From assembly GCA_963747275.1 (NCBI GenBank), contig CAVVEI010000019.1, forward strand, positions 7,454-71,453: a stretch of 64,000 nucleotides of DNA, read 5' to 3'. Source of the DNA: an uncultured Actinomycetes bacterium. GTDB lineage: Bacteria; Actinomycetota; Thermoleophilia; RBG-16-64-13. Each line of letters starts with the position of its first letter. Within the stretch, counting starts at the first letter, position 1. Positions 1 to 10,800 of this stretch are shown piece by piece. The notes under the pieces were generated by a model. The model was not told where the DNA came from, did no database searches, and was given only the letters and a program-made list of their open reading frames with translations. The translations under genes were made by a program, and so were the position numbers.

Positions 1-41
1 TAACATCGCCAACGTCAACATGATAACTGTGGGAGCGTCAG

Positions 42-2734
42 ATTTCAGTGACCCGAAGGTCATTGGGGGAATTTCGACCTGGGCCAGTTCAGCACCCTGT
101 ACCGAACAGACCGGGCGAGATTTCAGTGACCCGAAGGTCATTGGGGGAATTTCGACGCGGATGGGTGTAAAACCTACCTGCCGCTAGTCTGCAAAGCGAA
201 ATTTCAGTGACCCGAAGGTCATTGGGGGAATTTCGACCCGGCGGCAGGGACGATGCTTCAGTGTCAATGACGCTGAGTTTCAGTGACCCGAAGGTCATTG
301 GGGGAATTTCGACGCTCATCCTCTGCAAATGGGGGGCCAACCTGACAGGCGTCGCACTGACGGGATTTCAGTGACCCGAAGGTCATTGGGGGAATTTCGA
401 CCGTTGCAACCTTCGACTGGCCATGAGCGACGCATCGCAGCGTGGCCATTTCAGTGACCCGAAGGTCATTGGGGGAATTTCGACGCACGCTAGTCGCATG
501 ACGGCAGCAGCCGTAATGGACGCGAGATTTCAGTGACCCGAAGGTCATTGGGGGAATTTCGACCGTGGACGGCATATGGGTCGACTGCTCAGTGACGCTG
601 CCAGGACATTTCAGTGACCCGAAGGTCATTGGGGGAATTTCGACGGTGGCCGGACTCGTCGCGGGTTCGCCGGCTAACCGACACGGATTTCAGTGACCCG
701 AAGGTCATTGGGGGAATTTCGACCTACGTGGTCACTACCGACAGTCGCTGCCGCTGATATGCATTTCAGTGACCCGAAGGTCATTGGGGGAATTTCGACC
801 CCTGGTCACGTGGTCGTCATCACGACGGATCGGGCAGGTGGCGCGTTTCAGTGACCCGAAGGTCATTGGGGGAATTTCGACCCGGTGCCAGCATGCCGCA
901 GACGACCTGCGACGTGGCGACTGGCGTTTCAGTGACCCGAAGGTCATTGGGGGAATTTCGACACAGTGCTCGGCGCCAGTCACCTCGTCTGATGCTGGCA
1001 TGATTTCAGTGACCCGAAGGTCATTGGGGGCATTTCGACCACGTGACCGCTTGACCAGCCGGACGCGGCAAGTCTCGGCGGATTTCAGTGACCCGAAGGT
1101 CATTGGGGGAATTTCGACGCACGGTGGCACTCACCAGCACGCTAGCATCTCATGGCTGCGCATGTTTCAGTGACCCGAAGGTCATTGGGGGAATTTCGAC
1201 CATGCGCGCACTGTGGAGCATGGCTCAGACCATGACGAGGTTGGAGTTTCAGTGACCCGAAGGTCATTGGGGGAATTTCGACGCTCTGGGAGGCTGCACC
1301 TGAGGTCACCGCGATCTGTTCAACGAGTTTCAGTGACCCGAAGGTCATTAGGGGAATTTCGACCCGACTCAGGTACTGCTGCCGGTCGACACGCGGCAGG
1401 GCCAGCATGTTTCAGTGACCCGAAGGTCATTGGGGGAATTTCGACCCTTACGCTGGACGCTGAGCTGGGGCACGACGGCATCAGACGATTTCAGTGACCC
1501 GAAGGTCATTGGGGGAATTTCGACCTTGTCGCTGCAGGCGCGGGGCAGTGCGGCGCTCCGTGTGATTTCAGTGACCCGAAGGTCATTGGGGGAATTTCGA
1601 CCAGTGCTGTGCGGGCAACGCCCGCGACAGACGTGCGACGGATTTCAGTGACCCGAAGGTCATTGGGGGAATTTCGACCCGGATCGAGGCTGGCGCAGGG
1701 ATCTCTGCGGGACTGGTCATTTCAGTGACCCGAAGGTCATTGGGGGAATTTCGACGTGATGGCGGCCGTACGCTATGATGTGATGATGCCGTGCATATTT
1801 CAGTGACCCGAAGGTCATTGGGGGAATTTCGACCGGCAGTCGACGCCAGCCGCAAGCGTCGTGCAGCTGCGAGCATTTCAGTGACCCGAAGGTCATTGGG
1901 GGAATTTCGACACAGCGAAGCCTGGAGCCAACGTGCCATGCGCCGTCGAGGAATTTCAGTGACCCGAAGGTCATTGGGGGAATTTCGACGTTGCAGCCGG
2001 CGATTCCGTAGCGAGCACGCTGATGCGCAGATATTTCAGTGACCCGAAGGTCATTGGGGGAATTTCGACGTGCGATCCTCGCAGACTGGCCCGAGGCCAT
2101 GAGCGTGCGAGCAGTTTCAGTGACCCGAAGGTCATTGGGGGAATTTCGACAGCGATCGGCGTCAGCCTGAGCTGACGTACGTGACGCCGATGGCAATGGA
2201 TTTCAGTGACCCGAAGGTCATTGGGGGAATTTCGACCGGCGTGCCAGCCAGACCGCTGGTGGAGTCGATCGGCACGTTGCGAATTTCAGTGACCCGAAGG
2301 TCATTGGGGGAATTTCGACGTGTGGTGCGGAGTTGGCGCCGATATGGACTGCCCACGGGCAATGTTTCAGTGACCCGAAGGTCATTGGGGAAATTTCGAC
2401 GAACTGGTACCAGGCCAAACGATCAGTGAGCTACGATTCGGAACCCGTTTCAGTGACCCGAAGGTCATTGGGGGAATTTCGACGCCCTGCCATGCAAGCT
2501 GTGGCATGGCGGAACTGAACGCCAAGCGGCTGTTGTTTCAGTGACCCGAAGGTCATTGGGGGAATTTCGACGGCCACGCGAGGTCACCGACTTGGCGCCC
2601 GTTGGCGCACTCTCGGCTGATTTCAGTGACCCGAAGGTCATTGGGGGAATTTCGACCGGCCAGCGTCTGACGCCGCGCATATGACGGGGGCCTGGGTGTT
2701 TCAGTGACCCGAAGGTCATTGGGGGAATTTCGAC
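42..2734 (-). CRISPR. CRISPR array: 34 copies of a 37-nt direct repeat, 33 complete spacers (39-51 nt), plus spacer sequence at 1-41; the array runs off the left window edge
   Basis: Plus-strand repeat RTTTCAGTGACCCGAAGGTCATTGGGGGAATTTCGAC starts at 42,120,201,277,365,448,527,608,687,763,845,926,1003,1082,1164,1246,1327,1409,1488,1565,1642,1719,1797,1875,1953,2033,2114,2200,2283,2364,2447,2535,2620,2698 (period 76-88 nt). Three repeats carry single substitutions (1031, 1350, 2391). Minus orientation is inferred because the reverse complement GTCGAAATTCCCCCAATGACCTTCGGGTCACTGAAAY ends in a GAAAC-like handle preceded by a 5-bp stem with a UUCG loop, and because cas6 lies upstream on the minus strand. 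Confidence 0.97.
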
Positions 2735-2920
2735 ATGGTGACGAGTGCCACCGCGCGATCTCGGCCGGTCCGAGAACCGGCCGGATGCGCGGATGACGGG
2801 TGTCAGACAGACCAGCGATCAGCCCACGGGCGTGTGGGAGCAGCTTTGAGAACAATCTATATGGTTGTTAAAGTGCAGAGGGACAGGCGCGGAGTTAGCG
2901 CAGCCTGCCGGCGACGCCGT
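2735..2920 (-). promoter_or_regulatory. putative CRISPR leader
   Basis: This is a 186-bp non-coding stretch between the last repeat and the stop of the 129-aa ORF, upstream of the array in the inferred transcription direction. It holds the only AT-rich patch of this high-GC segment (tttgagaacaatctatatggttgttaaagtg, 2845-2875) and an 8-bp stem cggccggt/accggccg (2762-2783). No promoter boxes could be assigned with confidence. Confidence 0.45.
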
Positions 2921-3310
2921 TTATCCCATCTGGCCCCCGGGCGCGGCGGCCCGGTGTGGCGGGTTTTTGGCGATGTCGACGATGTAACAGCGCTGCTGCC
3001 GGTCGATGGTCAGCAGGCCCAGGGTCTCGCCATCCTCGATCACGTCGCAGGTGATCCAGGCGTAGGGGCTGGTTACTCCCTTCAGGAACACCGCCCGATG
3101 GGCCGGCTCCTCCTGGATTTCCTTGGCCTTGCGGGCGGAGATGGCGCGCTGGACGATGGTCTGCTCGCCTTGCTTGACCAGCACGCGCCAGCGGCCGTAG
3201 CGCCAGGCCACGTAGCCGCGCCAGATGCCGTAGGTGAAGATGACGCCCGCGGCCACCACCAGCACCTCGGACACCAGGTTGGCGAGCACGGAATTCCAAA
3301 GCTCATTCAT
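2921..3310 (-). CDS. hypothetical small membrane-anchored protein (129 aa) between cas6 and the CRISPR leader
   Basis: Intact ORF with an AAGGAG Shine-Dalgarno (3318-3323) 7 nt upstream of the ATG. It has one N-terminal hydrophobic helix (VLANLVSEVLVVAAGVIFTYGIW) followed by a ~90-aa soluble part. I recognise no family. GC and codon bias match cas6. Confidence 0.6.
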   Translation of the reverse strand: MNELWNSVLANLVSEVLVVAAGVIFTYGIWRGYVAWRYGRWRVLVKQGEQTIVQRAISARKAKEIQEEPAHRAVFLKGVTSPYAWITCDVIEDGETLGLLTIDRQQRCYIVDIAKNPPHRAAAPGGQMG

Positions 3311-3359
3311 GGCCAGGCTCCTTGCTGTGGCTTGTTGTCATGGCCGGCCGGCGGGGCAC

Positions 3360-4131
3360 TCACAGCCGTTTGGCCTGGCCCAGGCCCATGGCCACCTGCA
3401 GGCCGACGCCGCCGTAGAGCGCGAAGGCGGCCAGCAGGTGGATCAGGCCCATCCAGTCGCGGTCTTTGTTGCGAAAGCTGTAGCCCACGGTGCCGACGAA
3501 GCCGGGCAGTATCGCGGCGGTCGGCGTCCGCGCCGAACACCATCCGCTCGGTGCGCAGTTGGTAGCGGCTGATGGCCATGGTCTCGCCCGCGAAGCGGCT
3601 GACCTCCTCGGGCAGGTTCAGCGGCGCAAAGGCGTTCCAGCGCCGCGCCAGGCTCTCGAAGACCAGCTTGGGCAGCGGCAGCGGCACGAACTGCTCCTGC
3701 GACTTGAAGACGGTGGGCGAGCCGAAGCGCAGCGCCAGGCCAGGCGCGGGCGCCTGGCTCAGGGTGTGCTCCTGCACCAGCGCCGGATAGCTGGCGCGGC
3801 CGGCCCAAGGGTGCTCCTCGGCCGTGCTGGCCACGCTGGCCACCCGCAGCGTCGCCCCGGCCAGGGTGATGGTCTCCGGCAGCGCGGGCAGCAGGCGCTC
3901 CGTCAGCACCTGGGTCAGCTCAGGCTGCAAGCTGCTCAGCCGCAGGTAGCATGGCTGCCCCGGCGTCAGCGTGACCTCCTCTGCGCCGGCCGGGCCACGC
4001 TGGCCGCCCACGGCCCGGCGGTTGGCGCGGTGCATGCCCCACAGGTTGGACACGGTGAAGGGCCGCTCCTGGTTAGCCTCGGGTCGCAGGTTCTTGTTCG
4101 GTATGTCTTTCCCCGCGAGGACCTGGATCTC
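3360..4131 (-). pseudogene. cas6: cas6 CRISPR endoribonuclease, frameshifted and lacking its N-terminal part
   Basis: ORF 3307..4053 contains ERPFTVSNLWG and LRFGSPTVFKSQEQFVPLPLPKLVFESLARRWNAFAP, the Cas6 core motifs. After a frameshift near 3510-3530 the adjacent frame reads ILPGFVGTVGYSFRNKDRDWMGLIHLLAAFALYGGVGLQVAMGLGQAKRL and stops at 3360-3362, giving the Gly-rich Cas6 C-terminus. The frame is closed upstream by a TGA at 4132-4134, so roughly the first 100 residues of a normal Cas6 are absent. Confidence 0.8.
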
Positions 4132-5094
4132 TCAAAAGGGATGCAGGGGGGTGCAGCGCCTCCGCGGTTTTCCACAGGGTATGCCGCCCTGCAGAACCGT
4201 CCATCCCTGCTGATTGAAACGCACATGTTGAAGCCGTACCGGATCCGGGTGGAGGCTACGTATGAACTCCTGAAGGCCGTTCTGACTGTCCTTCACAGCC
4301 ACGGCCGGGAATTGCGGAAACTTGTGCGCAACGCAGATCGGGCCGTTGCGGGGTCGTTTGAAGGCTCATTCGAACCACTCCGGTTCGGGATCAGAAAGGG
4401 TTTCACACGCGCCGGTTCCTTGGTATCCGGCCACGTACGGAGCCCAGCCTCATATCCGGAGGTACACGGGTTGTCTACACCGGCAAACCGTCAAACTGGA
4501 CATCCCCTTTTTTGACGAGATCACCGTAGAAGACTCGGTAGCTATTCCACGGGCGTACATCGTGCCGCCCGAGTGGACATTTGTATCCACTATCCTGCGT
4601 GTGCACGGCATCCGGTTCGAGCGGCTTGCGACCGCGCGGATGCTGGAGGTTGAATCCTACAGGTTCGGGGAGGTGAAGTCTGTCTCCATTTCCGTACGAG
4701 GGGCGCCAGGCGGCAACGTACTCCGCTATTCCCGTACATGAACAGCGGTTGTCTACCCGGCCGGGTCACTTGTGATCCCGATGAACCAGCGTGCAGCACG
4801 TGTTGCGGTCCATCTGTTTGAACCGCGCAGCGGCGACTCGTTTGTGGCCTGGGGGATGTTCAACAGCATCTTCGAGCAGAAAGAGTATGCGGAGGACTAC
4901 GTGATGGAAAGGGTGGGTGAGCACCTGCTTGAAGACCGGCCGTTGCTGCGAAAGGAATTTGAGGATCTTTGGTGGCCGACTGGGTGTTTGCCCGCAGTCC
5001 CGGAGTACGATTGAACTGGCTCTACCTGCGATCGCCCTGGGCCGACAGCAAATTGAATCTCTACCCGGTAGGCCGGCTTTCCGCTATACCATAG
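4120..5094 (+). pseudogene. M14-family zinc carboxypeptidase, C-terminal half only, at least 3 frameshifts
   Basis: Fragments lie in three frames. They read STGYAALQNRPSLLIETHMLKPYRIRVEATYELLKAVL (ORF 3490..4515), KLDIPFFDEITVEDSVAIPRAYIVPPEWTFVSTILRVHGIRFERL (4322..4741) and MNQRAARVAVHLFEPRSGDSFVAWGMFNSIFEQKEYAEDYVMERVGEHLL (4772..5014). The tail LNWLYLRSPWADSKLNLYPVGRLSAIP ends at 5092-5094. The N-terminal catalytic half is missing at the ~4.1 kb junction. The start coordinate is approximate. Confidence 0.6.
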
Positions 5095-5130
5095 CAGCTC
5101 CTCATGCCTTCCGGGGGTGAAGGCTCCGAG

Positions 5131-6256
5131 TCAGAGCAGTTCCCCGTACAGTTGTTCGAGACGGGTGATCTGCTTCTCCTGGTCAAAGTATTCCTCCACG
5201 CGCGCCCGTCCCGCTCTTCCCATCCGTACACGCAGATCCGGATCTCCAGCCAGCCGTTCGAGGCCGTCGGCCAGCGCCCGCTGATCCTGCCGCGGAACCA
5301 TGATCCCGTTCAGTCCGTCCACCACAATATCCACGACGCCGTCGGTATTTGTGGACACCACCCCGCGCCTGCATGCCCATCGCCTCGATCAGGCACGACT
5401 CCGAACGATTCCGCATGGCGACGAAAGGCAGAGGTTATCGAGATGGTGCCGTGAGAGCGGGAATGTAGTGCGGTATCCGGTAAACGTGACGCGGTCTTTC
5501 CACTCCCAGTGAGTGTGCGGGTCGCACGGATTGTGCTTGCGTATTCCTCTTCTTTTTAACGTCGGCCATCCCCCACCACGAGAAAGCGAACAGTGCTGCC
5601 GCGGTCCCGGAGAATCCGTGCCGCCTGCAGGAGTTCTTCGTGGCCCTTGCCCGGGGACATTCTTCCCACAAAGCCGATAAGTACCGTTTGTTCGTGAACA
5701 CCGAACATGTTCCGGGTGGACTGTCGGTTGTCCGGGGGAGATTGTGAACCTCTGGCAGATCGACGGCATCATAGAGCGTGAGAACCCTGTCCGGGGTCAT
5801 CGGTGTCGTGTCCAGGACATTCCTGTTAATGACGTTGGAGATGGCGAGGACATAGCGGACACGTGCGTAGGTGTATCGGTGGAAAAGGTCCTTCTTCTGA
5901 ATGTATGATCCCATCCGTTTGCTCAGGAGCACAGGCACAGTACCGCCGGCAAGCTGGCGTGCGGGGATGACGGTGGCGAGATCGCGTGAATGCTGGCAGT
6001 GAATGACATCGACCCGGTTCGCCTTGATGAACCGGGCGAGGTGCCAGGCCAGGAACGGGTGGACATAGCCACGCACTGCGAGAGGGAGGAGCCGATGGCG
6101 CGTTGCTTCCTGTGCTATGCGGGACCCGCCGGGAGCGGCGAGCCAGACGGTGTGACCCCGCGCGTGCAACTGTCGCGAGAGTTCGATCGCCTGCATTTCA
6201 AGTCCGCCCCATGAACTCGAAAAGCAGGTCTGCAGTATGGTCAGCGGTGCGGGCAT
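5131..6256 (-). CDS. glycosyltransferase family 4/GT1 (frameshifted)
   Basis: N-terminal part is in ORF 5435..6280 (LTILQTCFSSSWGGLEMQAIELSRQLHARGHTVWLAAPGGS). C-terminal part is in ORF 5131..5361 (DGLNGIMVPRQDQRALADGLERLAGDPDLRVRMGRAGRARVEEYF). The middle of the gene is read in other frames. Confidence 0.65.
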
Positions 6257-6352
6257 GGTGGTGTGAAAATAGTGCGGCACTCCGCCCGGGAGGACCAGAG
6301 GGCCTTTCTTCCGGTGCCGCCGGGATCTGTTGGTGGTGCTACCCGCGCGTGT

Positions 6353-7642
6353 TCACTGCGGCACATCACGTTTGTCCTGGCCGAGATAGATCTGACGTGG
6401 ACGGGCGATCTTCTGATCCGGATCGTCGATCATTTCCGCCCACTGGGCCAGCCAGCCGGACATGCGGCCGATGGCGAACAGTCACCGGGAACAGGTCCAC
6501 CGGGAATCGCATCGCCTGGTAGATCAGACCGGAGTAGAAGTCGACGTTCGGATAGAGCTTCCGCTTGATGAAGTATTCGTCCTGCAGCGCGATGCGTTCC
6601 AGCTCGAGGGCGATGTCCAGTTTCGGATTGCGTCCGGTGACTTCGAAGACCTGGTCCGCCAGCCGCTTGATGATGTTCGCGCGCGGATCGTAATTCTTGT
6701 AGACACGGTGGCCGAAGCCCATCAGCCGGCCCTTGCCGTCTTTCACTTCCTTGATGAAGGCCGGGATCTTGTCCTTGGTGCCGATCTCATCCAGCATGCG
6801 GAGCACCGCTTCGTTGGCGCCGCCGTGCAGGGGTCCGTACAGGGCTGCCGCTGCTGCCGCAGCGGCGCTGTACGGATCGACATGTGAGCTTCCGACGGCG
6901 CGCATGGCGCTCGTGCTGCAGTTCTGCTCGTGGTCGGCATGCAGAATGAAGAGCACGTCGAGGGCCTTTTCCAGAACCGGATGCGGCTGGTACTTCGGCT
7001 CCGCGATCCGGAACATCATGTTCAGGAAATTGCCGGCATACGACAGATCGTTGTCCGGGTGCACATACGGCATCCCGATGCTGTGGCGGTAGGCAAACGC
7101 GGCCAGCGTGGGCGCTTTGCCGATCAGCCGGTGGAATGTGAGCTCACGTTCCGGTCTTGTCTTGATGTTTTGCCGTGGGATAGAATGTGGAGAGCGCAGC
7201 GAGGGCGCTGACGAACATCCCCATCGGATGCGCATCGTGATGGAAGCCGTCCATGAGCTTCTTGAGGTTCTCGTGGACGAACGTATGCGTGGTGATGTGT
7301 TCGCTCCATTCGGCCAGCTGTGCCTTGTTCGGGAGCTCGCCGTAGATCAGCAGATAGGCCACTTCGAGATACGTGCACCGTTCGGCCAGCTGCTCGATCG
7401 GGTATCCCCGGTAGCGCAGGATCCCCTTGTCGCCGTCGATGAACGTGATCGTGCTCTTGCATGAGGCGGTGTTCATGAACGCCGGATCATAGGTCATGAT
7501 GCCGAAATCATCGGCGTTGACTTTGATCTGCCGGAGATCGGTTGCGTGGATCGTTTCGTGCTCGATGGGCACCTCGTACGACTTTCCGGTACGGTTGTCC
7601 GTGATTGAGAGTGTGGTCTTTGCGTTTCCCTGCGGCTTGCAT
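6353..7642 (-). CDS. gltA: citrate synthase (several frameshifts)
   Basis: ORFs 7144..7572 and 6366..7235 give [40 protein letters not shown] and [18 protein letters not shown]. The true C-terminus [42 protein letters not shown] is in a shifted frame and stops at 6353-6355. The ATG at 7640-7642 follows AAGGAGAA but is out of frame with the downstream codons. Confidence 0.9.
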
Positions 7643-7801
7643 GTGGATTCTCCTTAGGTGAAGTGAATGGTCAATGAACAAGGACAAAGCAGCTGTTTCA
7701 GCGGAAGGGAAGAACGTGGGCGCCCCGTGATGTCGGGCCGTCACATCACGGGCACGAGAAACGTAAAAGAGCAATTGAGAAAAACAAGCATTTCGGACCG
7801 G

Positions 7802-10800
7802 TTACTTCTTCGGATACGCCGGTCGCGGCGGGAACGAGAAGGGTTCCTCGTGATCTTCTTCAGCACCACTTCGATGGCCTTGTCGAGCTGGAGGTCTCTG
7901 CCCGCCATCACCGAGGCCGGGTCGTTGTCCAGGAGGATGTCCGGATCGGCACCATGGTTTTCCACGAGCCATTTCCCTTCCGGCCCCAGAACGCGTTGTT
8001 GGATTGCTGGACCGATCCGTTGTCGATGGTGGTCTGTCCGTTCAGGATCCCGACCAGCCCGCCCCATGACGGGACGCCGACGACGGTACCGAGTTTCCGC
8101 GCCTTGAAGTGCTCGATGAAGGCCTCTCCATCCGAGCCGTTGTACTCATTGGAGATTGCGACGTAGTGAGCCGAGGATGCCGTGCCGGGATAGCGGAAGG
8201 GGACCATGCCGTTGAGCACGTTGTACGACACCATCTTCCGTTCAAGCTTGTCGATCATGAAATACTCCGTCCATCCGCCTGAATTCCTCCGGACGTCGAT
8301 GATCAATCCATCTTTGTAGCGGAATGCCCGCCAGAATTTGTCGAACTCCCCGATTCCCCCTGCTCCCATGGCGTTGATGTGCATGTACCCGACTTTCCCG
8401 TCGGACGCCTTCAGCACGTAGTCGGATGTTGTCCGTCAGCCACCGGAAATACCGGAGTGAGGCGTCGTACCGGATCGGCACGACGTCATAGGTTGTCGCA
8501 CCCTGCGCGAGGGGACTGCATTCACGGTCACCGTGACCTTCTGTCCCGCTGTGATCTGCAGGAGCCGGTGATAATCGGCCGGCGGTTTCACTTCCGCCCC
8601 GTTGATGGCGATGAGATAGTGCCCCTCCTGCACGTTGATGTCCGGGCGTGCGAGCGGTGCGGTCAGGTTCAGATTGTACTCCGTCGGTCCGTAGATCCTC
8701 GCGAAGCGGTAGAAGCCGCCTTTCGGATCCGGGGACAGGTCGGCGCCGAGCCAGCCCGTGAAGACCGGGGTTGTGGGAGGGTAAGCGGACCCATGTCGCC
8801 GCCGCTGATGTAGGTATGCGACACGCACAGTTCCCCGACCATCTGCTGAGAGCACCCAGTTCAGCTCATCCCGGGAGGAGAGGGCGGGGATATAGGCCCG
8901 GTAGAACTCGCCCATCTTCTTCCAGTCCCGCCCGTGCATGCCCGGTCGTAGAAGAAATCCCGGTACCAGCGCCATGCGTCGGAGAAGATCTGATTCCATT
9001 CGGGCTGAGTGTCGACGGTATAGGGAAGGACGCCGAGGGCGCAATTTTCCTCCCCCTGTTTTTGTCTTGAAGGCTTTCTCGACGGTGGTGGTGTCGTACT
9101 CGTTTTCACGCCGGGTCAGGAGCTGTTCGCCGTTCGCCGAGAGTCGGTACTCGCGGATCTTCTCGGCGAGCGTGACCTCCTTCTTCTGTTCCATGTCGAA
9201 GATATGGAGATCCCATTTTGTGGCTGCGCCCGGTTTGAAGATCTCTTCGTATTCATCTTCTGTGAATTGCGGCACCGAGCACCAGGCGACTTTGCCTTTG
9301 CCCGCCTGCAGGAAGAAGTAGTTGCCTGCGGGAACCGGGAGCGGGAATGTGCGTTTCTGCATTCCGTCCACGTCGATGCGGAACGGATCTGCGGCTTTCC
9401 GGCCCGGGGTGGCAGCCTCGGCGAACGGCGGCTTGTCACCGGCGGCCAGCTGTACGACCATCACCTGCTACGGGGACTTCAGGACATGGTTGTCTTCGTA
9501 GAAGTCCATTGCACGGAGAAGTTGCGGCTCGAGAGGTAGTACAGGTACTTTCCGCCGGCATCGAACCGCGGGTGAAGGTTGTCAAAAAAGTCGTCGGTGA
9601 CGGCCGTGCGGGTTCCCCGTTCCAGGCAGTAGACGAAGATCTGGCTGTTCCGGTTGAACTGCACGAGACAGTAGCAGATCCATTTGCTGTCCGGTGACCA
9701 TCCGTAGTCGGCGATCTCCCAGTAGAATTCGTCGTTCTTCATCTGGTTGGAGGTATCCACTCTGGTCAGCTTCTTCGTGGCCGCATCCAGGACAAACAGT
9801 GCATAGTCCTTGTTGCCGAAGAGGAGCTTCTTACCGTCCGGCGACCAGACGAGGCGGTAGACGGTCCGGTCGAGGGTGGTCGTGAGGGGTGTCCATGCGC
9901 CGCCGTTGACGGGTTGCGTGTAAATCTGATATTCGCCCGATTTGTCGGAAAGAAAGGCGACCGTCTGTCCGTCGGGCGAGAGGGCCGGATGCATCTCTCG
10001 CGTGCCGGGGGTGGCGGAAAGGTTGACGGCGAGTTTCTTCTCACCTGCGACGGCGTAAAGGTCGCCGCGGGCTTCCACCAGCACGGTTTTGCCGTCATTG
10101 GCAATATCCGCTGCGTGTATGTATTTCTTCGCGTCGATGGTCCGTGTCCGCGTCATCCACCGGTCGCTCGGGATGTTCAGGTGCAGCCGGGTGATCGCGC
10201 GCGTAGCGACATCCAGGAGATGCAGGTATCCGTCGTGCAGGAAGACGATCGAGGTCCCGTCCGTGGAGGGCATCATCACGTCCACGTCGGTGTATGTGGT
10301 GATCCGGGTGATCTGCTTTGTCGCGAGATCCTGTGCGTAGATGTTGGCAATGCCGTTGGTACGGTCGGAAACGAAGTACATCGTATTGCCGATCCACATC
10401 GGATAGCTGTTCTTCCCGACATAGTCGGTGACCGCCGTGAAGGTGTCGGTGGTGAAATCATACCGCCAGATATCCTGGTACTGGCCCCCCTTGTAGCGCT
10501 TCCAGTAGTATTCTTCGCTCCCGCGGCGGCAGTAGAGCATGGAAGAACCGTCCGGCGAGAAGCTGCAGAGCACGCCGCGGTCGACGGGAAGCCGTTCGGG
10601 GAGGGTGCCGGTTTACCGACGCCATAGAGCATCGGATCCCGGGAGATGGCGATATCGAACATGGAGCGGAAGATGACGCGTGAACCGTCGGGTGTCCACG
10701 CAAGCGTCTGCACCGAACGGGGCATATAGGTGAGGCGCGTCGGGGTTCCGCCGCCGGCCGGCATGAGATAGACGTTCGTGCCGTCGTCGTACTGTGCGGT

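Noticed and set aside
89-2855. About 25 overlapping ORFs on both strands across 1-2.8 kb with recurring peptides (FSDPKVIGGIST, VTRRSLGEFR, EIPPMTFGSLK, RNSPNDLRVTE)
   Set aside because: These peptides are translations of the CRISPR repeat in different frames. The ORFs exist only because the repeat lacks stops, so they are not genes.
2735-2920. Possible tracrRNA/anti-repeat or partial degenerate repeat in the leader region
   Set aside because: I found no stretch resembling the repeat or its complement. The array geometry (Cas6-type hairpin repeat) does not call for a tracrRNA.
4360-4440. tRNA-like motif (ttcgaacc / ggttcggga) near 4371-4395
   Set aside because: No acceptor stem or cloverleaf can be built around it, and it lies inside a recognisable M14 peptidase coding segment.
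2735-4515. Long plus-strand ORFs 2735..3565 (276 aa) and the first two-thirds of 3490..4515 (341 aa)
   Set aside because: They lie antisense to the 129-aa ORF and cas6 in ~70% GC DNA and have Arg/Ala/Gly/Pro-rich low-complexity translations. These are typical spurious antisense ORFs. Only the last third of 3490..4515 (from ~4120) carries real M14 peptidase sequence.
6838-6870. GCN-rich run encoding seven consecutive Ala in citrate synthase
   Set aside because: It sits in the conserved [15 protein letters not shown] region of citrate synthases. It is not a repeat expansion or a separate feature.
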